From assembly GCF_009914755.1 (NCBI RefSeq), contig NC_060933.1: 64,000 nt of DNA; one strand, written 5' to 3'. The notes beneath the pieces were generated by a model. That model was not told the DNA's origin, made no database searches, and saw only the letters and a program-made list of their open reading frames with translations. A program made the translations under genes and the position numbers. Shown piece after piece: positions 45,386 through 64,000 of the stretch; position 1 is the stretch's first letter, and every line of letters starts with the position of its first letter. Origin of the DNA: the human T2T-CHM13v2.0 reference genome, Homo sapiens.

Positions 45386-47018
45386 TCCCTTTTAGAAAAA
45401 GGGTGGGGGCACTATTCCTACCACGTTCTGGAAGTCATAAGATTGTCTGAAATCTGGGTCAAGGCTCAACTTCCTAATAGAAGAGTTGCCTTATATACTT
45501 GTGTAAATGTTAATGTCTGTGCCCCACTCATTCGTAAGCTCCATGAGAAAAGGGATTGTGTCTGTCACAGTCAACATTGTTTTACTGACCTAGAAAACAC
45601 CCTGACATATAGTAGGTACTCAATCAATATTTTAGTAAATCAATGTAATGTTGATTTACTAGCTCTACTATTTCCTCTGTTTGAATAGGATAATTTCTAT
45701 GACCATTACTATTAGCAAACATTTACTAGTGTTTATTTATATGTGGATACTCTTCTGCACACCTTGTACATGTTAACTCATTTACTCTTCACAATAACTC
45801 TATGAGCTAGATACTATTATTATCCACTTTTACAGACAAGGAAATTGAGGCACAGAAAAAATAAGTAACTTGTTTGTGGCGGGGCCAGGATTCAGTTTCC
45901 AGAATTTGTATTGTTAGCCACTACAATGCCTTTCCCAGTTTCCTGTCCTAGATCTGACAGTGCCATTGCTGTTGAAAAAAAGAAAAAGGTAAAGTTACAC
46001 AGCAGATGAACAGTTATCTTCATCACAACTTCTTCACGATGAAGACAACATCATGACTAGGCAGGTAGGAAGCTGCTCATGGAGAGCCAGGCGTGGTGGC
46101 TCATGCCTGTAATCCCAGCACTTTGGGAGGCCAAGGCGGGCAGATCACAAGGTCAGGAGATCGAGACCATCCTGGCTAACACGGTGAAACCCCATCTCTA
46201 CTAAAAATACAAAAAAATTAGCCGGGCATGGTGGCAGGTGCCTGTAGTCACAGCTACTCAGGAGGCTGAGACAGAATGGTGTGAACCCGGGAGGCGGAGC
46301 TTGCAGTGAGCCGAGATTGCGCCACTGCACTCCAGCCTGGGCGACGGTGCAAGACTCCGTCTAAAAAACAAAACAAAAACAAGACCAAGCTCCTGCTCTA
46401 AAATGCCTTTTCAATGTCAATGATAACAGGGAGATGAAAGAAATGACAGGTGGGGGCAACCACCAGGAAGAAAGACTTTTACATCAGGCCTCACCCCTAG
46501 GGCTGTAAATCTGGCAGCTAAAAGTAACTGAACTCCAACCTATGCACTCAACCCAACTGCAATATCCCAACAGGAGTGTAAAGAGACCCTAGTCAGTAGC
46601 TGCTAATTCAGTGCAGAGTCCCTTTTAATGCTGATACCACTGTGGCTTGTGCCTAGGTCTTCCCAATGCTCAGCACAGAAACTGATGGCAAAGGCCTACT
46701 CTGGCACCATTACCAGCCCTGCCTCTGCTCTGAGGGACAACCTGGATGTAGGAGTCTAAGCCAATAGCACTCATAAGGTTACCTGAGGACTGACCTCTCA
46801 GTCTGGTAAGTACAGGACTTTCTTGATGAACCACCACTACCACCACCAGCAAGTGTGTATGAACAAACACCCCTGGCCTCACTCCCATATTTGGAGATGT
46901 GGGAAATTTAACACAAAAATATCTAAAGGGCAGTTTATTAGAAATCATGGTAGGTGGTAGAAAATGGCAGTTTAACCCAACAGTAGAATAAATATTCCAT
47001 AGCTGTACCACTTAACAG

Positions 47019-47135
47019 CTTAACAAAAGGATGCATAGCTGGGGAGCAGCAGGACATCCTTAACAAAAGGATGCATAGCTGGGGAGCAGCAGGACATCCT
47101 TAACAAAAGGATGCATAGCTGGGGAGCAGGACATC
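47019..47135. repeat. 40-bp tandem repeat x3 (CTTAACAAAAGGATGCATAGCTGGGGAGCAGCAGGACATC; third copy lacks one GCA)
   Basis: Copies at 47019, 47059 and 47099; the first two are identical. Confidence 0.95.
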
Positions 47136-49586
47136 AGGTTTTGGTAATCAGGGGAGCCGCCCTAAAGGGGGCCCTTAAACTGGGTCTTGTCCGTTAGACA
47201 TTCACTCAACAAACACTTCTTGACACTTGCTATATGCCAATTACTATACTAGGTGCTGGAGATAAAACATTGCTAAGCCATGATCACCAAGACAGTCCTC
47301 CACCCTAGAAGTATTGCTGTAGCTCAGCAAATTGCCCTTTGTTGTGCTGCCATCAGAGGCATCCCTCTACACTGGTCACCCGGTCAGGGATACTGTCAAG
47401 GACACTGCTCCTCACATAACACAATGTGCTCTTTATAAGCATCCCTGGGAGACATTCCAATCTGATCTCCATTCTAGGAATAGTTTTACTTCTCCAGAGT
47501 ACTGGATTGATGTTTTATCTTCAGATACCATGAATTGTGGGACCAATGAGGTTGTCAGTTTAGAGACAAATTCATGGCCCAGCTGTATCAAATGTGAAGG
47601 TCATTCTTGTATGCCTTTTAGCTTTGTCTCTGGTTCCATTTTGTTACTACCCGTGTTTTTATTTTTTTCATTCTCCACACTTTTAATGTATGGCATCTTG
47701 GGGTATATTGTCTCTGTTTGTTGTATCCTTGGAAGTGGCTGTAAACCCTTCTGGATGAAAGCATTGCCTTCAATGTTTATAATACATTATACACATCTGC
47801 ACAAATGCTATGATGGAAGTGTGTACACTGCGTGATGTGGGAACACAAATAATAACGCCTTATAAATTATCAAAGGCATTAGAGAAGATCTTGCATAAGG
47901 GTCATTGCCTGAGTTGTATTTTTTCTTTTCTTTTTTTGAGACGGAGCCTCACTCTATTGCCCAGGCTGGAGTGCAATGGCGCGATCTCAGCTCACTGAAC
48001 CTCCACCTCCCGGGTTCAAGTGATTCTCCTGCCTCAGCCTCCCGAGTAGCTGGGATTACAGCCGCACACCATCATGCCCTGCTAATTTTTGTATTTTTAG
48101 TAGAGACAGGGTTTCACCATGTTGGCCAGGCTGGCCTTGAACTCCTGATCTCATGATCTGCCTGCCTCAGTCTCCCAAAGTGCTGGGATTACAGGTGTGA
48201 GCCACCACGCCCGGCCTGTATTTTCTTTTGTTCTGTGTTTTGCTGAGAATGCCACAATACACCAATCTTAAAACAAGGTTGCTGCCACATGCATGCAAGA
48301 AAACTTTTTTTTAATCTTACAGAGTAGATCTTGATGTCATATCATGGGCTTATAGGACACACTGAAGTTGTTTATAACTAATCAAAGCTATTTCCATGAG
48401 AGTTTCCCTTCATCAATTTTTTTCTGACAACAAGATTATGGGGCAAAACAATTCATATCCGCATCTGAATTTTTGTGCAGGGAAGGAAATTCAGATGAAA
48501 TATCAAACTTAAGTTAGAATACATTTGACAAGGTGAGGTGAAGAATTAAAATAATTATCTAGAAGATGTATATACACAAAATGTTATCAACTGAATTTTT
48601 TTAAATAAACGTTGCCAAATGGTATCTAGGAGTTCGTATTATCTAGACCAAGAGTCTGAGATTTTGAAGGGCTATTAAAAGTCATTTTGTTCAGTCTCAT
48701 ATCTGTGCAGCAGTATTCTTCCCGAATTCTTTCCACTTTTCAGGTATATTCCCAACCTTGGAGTTTCCCGTGATGGTGTGATTGCCTGTGTGAGAACAGG
48801 GTGAGAGAAAGTATTGTTGCTGACACAACATCTGAAGTGTGGTGAACCAGCAGATACTCTCTCAATACACTCAATTTTAGCTTTTTTTCTTAAGCGTTTT
48901 AGCCATGTAAAAATTCATTTCAACAAACAGCACACAGAAGATCTCAAGAAATAGGTCAGGATCTCATAAATGAGCAATCCAGTTTACAAAAAAGACAGCA
49001 ATAAACATGTTTACTGCATATCCTTTCACTCTTCGGTAGTATAAAACATTACAACCATCTTCCTTTAGGTTTAAAAAAATAAAGGAAAGAAAAAGTAAAC
49101 TGAATGTACCTCACGACTTCTTTCGGCTTTCTACCAGGCTGGAGCTTTAAAGACAACACTATTTTGTCTCTGTATTGAGGAAAATTGTGGACTTTTAACT
49201 TAGAGTGACTAAATAGAATGCATTACACTCCCCCCCCCATTTTTTTAGAATTAAAAAAAGCAGAAAAACAAAACTATCTGAAAAGTACTCACTGCTAAGA
49301 GGAAAGTCTACTCTGAGCTCAGCAATTAGGCACTCTGATGTTAGAGGAGGGCAGCCCAGGCAGGCAGAAAAATCACCAGACTGTGTAGTGCTGGGCTGGA
49401 CGTTCTAAGAGGCCAGGAACCATCTCCGCTTTTTCACAACTATATGCCCAGTACCTGGCACAAATTCTGGCAAAATGCATATTCATTCATAATTTATTGA
49501 GTACCAACTCTGTACCAGGCAGTGTTCTAGATGCTTGCGATATATTATAAAACAAAACAGACAAAAATCTTTGCCTACAAATAAAA

Positions 49587-56870
<7,284 letters not shown>

Positions 56871-57420
56871 AAACTCCATCTTTCTTGGTGCTAGATACTG
56901 ACATACCTGCTGTGTCCCTGGATAAAGAAGCGGACCCCAATTCCCATTAAGCCCCCGTGGTACCATTTTCAAGTCCGAGGTCTTACGTTGCAGATTGTAC
57001 ATCCAGGTTCCCTGACCCGTAGGATTTAAAAGTGAGGTCAAATAATTAAACAAATTGTTTTAGTCAGACACTCTTGCGGCTACTCTGTAGCCAAACTGGG
57101 TGAAAACCTGACCAGAGGAGTCCACGGCCCTCTGTACATCAAAGACGGTCCAAACGTCTCACTGTTTAGCTCAGTCCCAGACACACTGAGCTCAATCTGC
57201 ACGAATCAGCGAGGTCCAGGGCAGATAACATGTGTCTAGGGGCCTGGACTTGCACAAAAAGCCTTAACAACTTCACAATTTGATTAATTATGCCGCCTTG
57301 GACCACGCGTGAAAAACAGCAAGACCCAAGGCCTATGCTATTGGTCTGGGGACTAGACCCACCTGGCTCAAGCATTTTTTGCTCGCCACGTTCCCAAAAA
57401 GAGAAGAGGCGCCCGTAAGA

Positions 57421-57438
57421 GGGGGGGGGGGGGGGGGG
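57421..57438 (+). repeat. G18 homopolymer
   Basis: 18 consecutive G. Confidence 0.95.
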
Positions 57439-57834
57439 CAAGACTGTTCCAAGAGCTTTCCCGTTCACACACAGCTCCCGCTGGGTCACTGTACTCGAGC
57501 CCTTCCCGCCCTCGCGGGCCCAGGCGGCCACCCCACAGGTTTGGGAACCCTAGGACTTGCAGTGCTCCTGGGCCATGCCCCACCAGCCGGAGACTTCCGC
57601 ACTCTCAGGCTCGCTGAGTGGAGAAAAGGGCTCCAGAAGATTCCACGAGCGCCGGGAAGCCGCGCTAGCACCAACACCCACAAGGCCTTTCGGCGCAGCT
57701 CCTCCCGACCCGTGCGCCCCCGCGCCGTTGCCCAGGTAACGGCGGGGCGGTGGCAGCGGCCGAGAAGGGCGGGACTTCCGGCGGGTGACGCGCCCGGGTT
57801 CGGCTACAAAAGAGGACGGCTGCGGCGCGCCGGG

Positions 57835-57944
57835 CGGAACTTTCCAGAACGCTCGGTGAGAGGCGGAGGAGCGGTAACTACCCCGGCTGCGCACAGCTCG
57901 GCGCTCCTTCCCGCTCCCTCACACACCGGCCTCAGCCCGCACCG
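57835..57944 (+). other. DNAJA1: DNAJA1 non-coding exon 1 (start approximate)
   Basis: Consensus donor CCG|GTGAGT at 57944/57945. Start inferred about 30 nt downstream of the TATA-like box. Confidence 0.8.
57836..57855. promoter_or_regulatory. Heat shock element (HSF1 site) gGAAc tTTCc aGAAc gCTCg
   Basis: Three perfect alternating nGAAn units plus a degenerate fourth. A weaker HSE gCTCc aGAAg aTTCc lies at 57630-57644. Confidence 0.85.
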
Positions 57945-59042
57945 GTGAGTTTGAGCCCTCGCGCTGCCCCTAGTCCCCTGGCTGGCGCCATTGGCGCCGG
58001 GAAACCGATGGAGCCGCGGTCGGGAGGCAGTTGGCCGCGTGGGTAGGACCGCTGTCAGTTCCTGGACCCACGATTTCCCTTTTGGAGGGCTGGTGTGGTG
58101 CCCTGGCAACCCATCCCCGGCACGCACAGTGAATGGGCCCGAGACCTTTCCTAGACCTCCCTCCTTCCCCAGCCTGGGATCTCCAAGGAGCTACTGTCTT
58201 CGGCTGCCCCTCCGTGCGCGCCCCCGCGGCCCCCCTCCCCGTCCGTGCTCGCTCGGGGTGGGGGGGGGGAGTGGGGTTGGCGACCCTGCGCACGCGCACA
58301 GGGAGGCAGGGGCGAGGGGCTGCGGGGGGAGCCGGGCGGAGACTGCGGCTTTTGGTTTCGCTTTCTCTGTTTCCCCTCCCTTTGTTTGTTGAGGGCTGGG
58401 CTTTCCCCACCGCCACTTGGGTCCAGGGTGGGAGGGAGAAAGGAAGGAAATCGGTCAGCGCCAAGTGCAAGGGGAAACCTGGCAGGTAAACTCTGCCAGC
58501 CTGAGGGGCGAGAGGGATTCGGCTGGAGAAGCTGTAAGCCGTGGGCGGTGGAGGGCTTGCTGTGTGGAGCCAGTAACCTGTTCTATAAACCACTCCCCCC
58601 CACCACTGTGTGCCCAGACGTCTTTTTCTGGAGAGTATATGGAGTTTATCAGATTTGCCAAAGACAGTGATAGTGTAATGACCGGTAGACTGAACATATC
58701 AGTGCTTCTTTTGGTTACAACTGTCACCGCCTCTAGGGCAAACGGGAAGAATCCAGATAATAGTTGTGTTATATTAGTATGGAAGCTTTGGTGTAGGAAA
58801 ATTGGAACCAGCTGCTAGAAGGCGGCTCTCAGATTATTTCCCGATAATGATTATTTGTTTTGTCTGTTCGAGTTTATAGCTGAATTATCGCAGGAATTGT
58901 TACCTTTTTGGTGAAATTTAGGGAAGGTGGTGTTCTTATAATCGGATTTTGCAAAGAGATTGCTCGGCCTTAGCTCTCTTTTTTATTAAAAGCTACCAGT
59001 TGAAAGCCGGTTAAAGTTGCATTTTCTTATTTCAGGCAGTAG

Positions 59043-59195
<153 letters not shown>

Positions 59196-59277
59196 TAAAC
59201 GTATCTGAATAGTTCTTTGCCAGACGTATAGTATTTCTATTATGGCCTGAAATCGAGTATCTAATATAGTAACTATG

Positions 59278-59313
59278 ATCACTTCTCGGCCTTTTTAGCT
59301 AAGATCAAGTGTA
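59278..59313 (+). pseudogene. 3'-truncated U2 snRNA copy (first 35 nt or so)
   Basis: ATCACTTCTCGGCCTTTTTAGCTAAGATCAAGTGTA versus U2 5' end ATCGCTTCTCGGCCTTTTGGCTAAGATCAAGTGTA. Confidence 0.88.
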
Positions 59314-59319
59314 ATGTAG

Positions 59320-60610
<1,291 letters not shown>

Positions 60611-62445
60611 AGACAAAGTATATAGCAATATAATTTTCCAAGCCCTTTTTACAGATCTTATTTGGTGTTCCCTCACTCCCCAAAGGAATTTGATGGTAGG
60701 TACAGTGGCCTTTTTCAAATGGGAGTAAGTTAAAGTTCAGAAACCTAAAACTTCTTCAAGCTCATATAGCAAGCCAACAGAGCCAGGGCTGAAAACTGGT
60801 TCGTTGCCTGCCATCTATCTATTCTTGTTTCAGCTTTATTGTGTCAAAATTATGTATTTAATATGTTTATCAGGAAAGTGGCCTATGGGCTCTAGAAATA
60901 CTGCTTATAGGAGTAAAATGTTCAAGAGAAATCAGTCTCACTTTATTTCCAGTATAGTGTATACAAATAAGGGCTGATGAGCAGAACCAGTTTTAGAATG
61001 AATGGCCAAGCCATTAAATTTCACTTTGAGCTTCTTAAGGTTCAGAAAGATTTGGGAAATTGTTTATTCAGTTTTTCTTTAAAGATCTTCAAGGAAAGGA
61101 TTATGTTTTTATTAAGATACTTAAACTCCTTAAAAAGAAAGTCCACAATCCAAATGACTTGCTTAGTAAATTGTTAGAATTTGTCCACAAAAAAGTAGTG
61201 GTGGTTTTTCACTTACCTTACAAAGAACCTGCAGGTTAACATTGGCAAGCTCTTTTATGTGGCTTATGATCATATTGAGAGGTTATTTCTGGGGAAATGC
61301 GCTTCATCAAGCTCTAGAAGCTTTATTTTTCCTTCCTTATACTCAACACTGTTCAAAATAAGGGCAGCTAGATTTTAGCGTGCCAAAACTAAAGGTGGAA
61401 CTATAAGCAGAAGGACATAATTAATGGTATTTCATGCTTGATTAGAAAGTTAAAATGTTCATTAGGCATATTGTACAGAAACGAGTTTGAGAACTTTTTT
61501 CAGTTGGTGGAAAGGCAATAATATTGTTGTGAATAAGTCCTTGTGGAAGGACCACTAGTTAGGAACTTACTAACTTACTAGCAGGTGACTTCATACTTCT
61601 AACCTCAGTGTCCTTATGAGATCTTGACCTTCCATTTCCTATTGTGATTTAAGTGAAGTAAGGCACTCCTTAGTAGCCACTGGCCATGTGTGGCTCCATT
61701 AATTTAAGACAAAAACAAAAATACGGTTTCTTAGTCTAAATGGCCACATTTACATGCTCAATAAGCACATGTGATTGGTGGCTGCTACGTTGGACAGAAC
61801 AGATATAAAACATTTATCACTGCAGAAAGTTCTGTTGGGCAATGCTATTATAAAAGGTATGAGAAATTTGGCCTTCAAAACAACCAGTGCTGGCCCAGCA
61901 GTAAATGGGCTGTTTTCTACTAAATCAGGAAGAAGTAGAAATTGATACTCTTCTGTGGTGACTCAATAAATACATCAGCTTCCCTGGCCAATCTTGATTA
62001 ATGAGAATTTACTGTGCTACAGAATTTTTGGATGAAGTAATTGGCCATGTTGCTCAATACGGTACGAAGTGAAAGCTTCAAAAAATATATTGTGACAGAA
62101 ATGAATGTTTGGATTATTGTGAAATGTGCCCTTTTAAATAACATTGGTTTTTCTCAAGTGACTTTGAAGGTAATGCTTTTGCTTACCATATTTCCAAGAT
62201 GGCCACGTCTGTGCCCTTAAGCAAATATTTAATCTCTGACCTGATTTTCCCTCATCTGTGATTACATCACAGTTTGAGGATCATCTGTGATAACGTGAAC
62301 ATTCTGTGTATATAGTAGGTAGTCAACAGATGTACCCTGTGAGGCTCATCTTTTATTATTCTTTGCCACATTCTTTATAGTGCCTTTAGCACAAATAAGA
62401 TCCAGCATCTTAAACAGATTTGCAATGAGAAATATTTTGTTTTAG

Positions 62446-62550
62446 GTAAAAATGTTGTACATCAGCTCTCAGTAACCCTAGAAGACTTATATAATGGTGC
62501 AACAAGAAAACTGGCTCTGCAAAAGAATGTGATTTGTGACAAATGTGAAG
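62446..62550 (+). CDS. DNAJA1: DNAJA1 exon 4 ([35 protein letters not shown])
   Basis: 105 nt, phase 1-1, first CXXC motif. Confidence 0.96.
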
Positions 62551-63000
62551 GTACGGTGTTTTTTTGTTTTGTTTTGTTTTGTTTTTAAGCACCTTTAATA
62601 TGACACCTGAAAATGGAGCTAAGACTTCTAGATAGATATGTAAAATTGATTCATGTACACTACCTAGATTTTGGGGGAGGAGAGGGCAGATATGAAGAAA
62701 ACCAACTGAAAACCTCCCACCTAAAGAAATATCAGCACTTTTTTCTGTGTATATTTTAAATACAGTTGGGATCAAGCTAGTTTGGTATCTTTTTTGTAAT
62801 AAGTAAAATTTATTGGAAAGTGTGTTCTAATAAGAATGAAACTCATTGGAATGATCTCATCAGTTGTACATTCAGAGGGTAGCATTCCATCAGGCTTCGA
62901 AAATATTAAAAGTATAGCATTTAGGAATTGTCTTCTTAAAACATTTACTACTGTATACACTACTAATTCATACATTATTTAATTTTCTTTTTAAATTTAG

Positions 63001-63228
63001 GTAGAGGAGGTAAGAAAGGAGCAGTAGAGTGCTGTCCCAATTGCCGAGGTACTGGAATGCAAATAAGAATTCATCAGATAGGACCTGGAATGGTTCAGCA
63101 AATTCAGTCTGTGTGCATGGAGTGCCAGGGCCATGGGGAGCGGATCAGTCCTAAAGATAGATGTAAAAGCTGCAACGGAAGGAAGATAGTTCGAGAGAAG
63201 AAAATTTTAGAAGTTCATATTGACAAAG
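63001..63228 (+). CDS. DNAJA1: DNAJA1 exon 5 (zinc-binding CXXCXGXG repeats); gene continues beyond the window
   Basis: [24 protein letters not shown]; donor AAG|GTGAGT. Confidence 0.97.
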
Positions 63229-63654
63229 GTGAGTTCTGAGTTACTTATTCTGAAGTCTTGAATGCTGTGGCAGATTTATTATTAACATTTTATAATTGTT
63301 TAAAAATCATTCTTAATTAGGTTATATATGATCCTATCAATCAGAAATAACTCTTAGCAGCTTAGTAAATAATGTTCTTTTATCCAGACATAATTTTGCA
63401 CATTGGTATATTACTAATACAGAATATATTAGGAATCTCCTCATTTAATATAACAGGATCATCTTTTGAAATCTGTGGTCCTGTAAATGATTGAATAGTG
63501 TTCCAAACTTAATTCTCTCCTGTTAAACCATAGTTCTTCCATCTTTTAAAACATTAGAATTGTACACATTCTTAATTAGGAGTTACTAGATCAAGGGATA
63601 GGCATACTTTTAAGGATTTGAAAGGGGAGTTAGGTGAAGAATTGGGTCTCATAA

Positions 63655-63957
<303 letters not shown>

Positions 63958-64000
63958 TCATGTTTATTTTTTAAACCAATGGGCATGTTTTTGTTTGTTT

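Larger units (their letters stand above)
57380..58560 (+). promoter_or_regulatory. DNAJA1: DNAJA1 CpG island and promoter (probably bidirectional)
   Basis: Very GC- and CpG-rich. GC boxes, ETS cttccg (57775-57780), half-CRE tgacg (57786-57790), TATA-like TACAAAA (57805-57811). Confidence 0.9.

Noticed and set aside
47019-47135. Repeat array resembling CRISPR
   Set aside because: Head-to-tail copies with no spacers, eukaryotic context and no cas genes; it is a simple minisatellite.
47332-47835. 167-aa ORF as a standalone single-exon gene
   Set aside because: Non-ATG start (TTG). The 3' half runs into T-rich intron-like sequence; only 47357-47599 looks exon-like.
57379-58818. Long overlapping ORFs (up to 207 aa) at the DNAJA1 promoter
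   Set aside because: Expected from stop-codon scarcity in a GC-rich CpG island; R/P/G/A-rich with no recognisable domain.

Overview
Primate (human-like) genomic DNA. I recognise the locus from the translated exons as the APTX-DNAJA1 region (human 9p21.1). APTX (aprataxin) is on the - strand, with all 8 coding exons traceable at GT-AG boundaries from a CpG promoter at about 34.2 kb to a poly(A) signal at about 5.2 kb. DNAJA1 is on the + strand: a CpG/heat-shock promoter at about 57.8 kb and exons 1-5, with the gene continuing past the window. There are two processed pseudogenes on the - strand: a full-length TCEA1 retrocopy (7.9-13.1 kb) that splits an L2 and carries nested insertions, and a LAGE3 retrocopy (52.0-52.7 kb) whose Pcc1 core ORF is still open. 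Repeats include about 45 Alus, L1/L2/MIR fragments, Tigger1, several LTRs and a truncated U2 snRNA copy. The most notable unexplained signal is a chain of about 11 decayed, + strand, exon-like blocks between 35.7 and 49.2 kb. They have splice signals, largely compatible phases and repeated Ig-domain motifs, then a TM-like and a tail-like exon, which suggests the relic of a lost Ig-superfamily receptor gene. Other highlights: a fossil L1 3' transduction ending at an LTR poly(A) site, a TSD-within-TSD retro-insertion, an Alu insertion-mediated deletion and a template-switch Alu junction. Repeat subfamily names and parent-gene comparisons come from memory of consensus sequences and were not computed.
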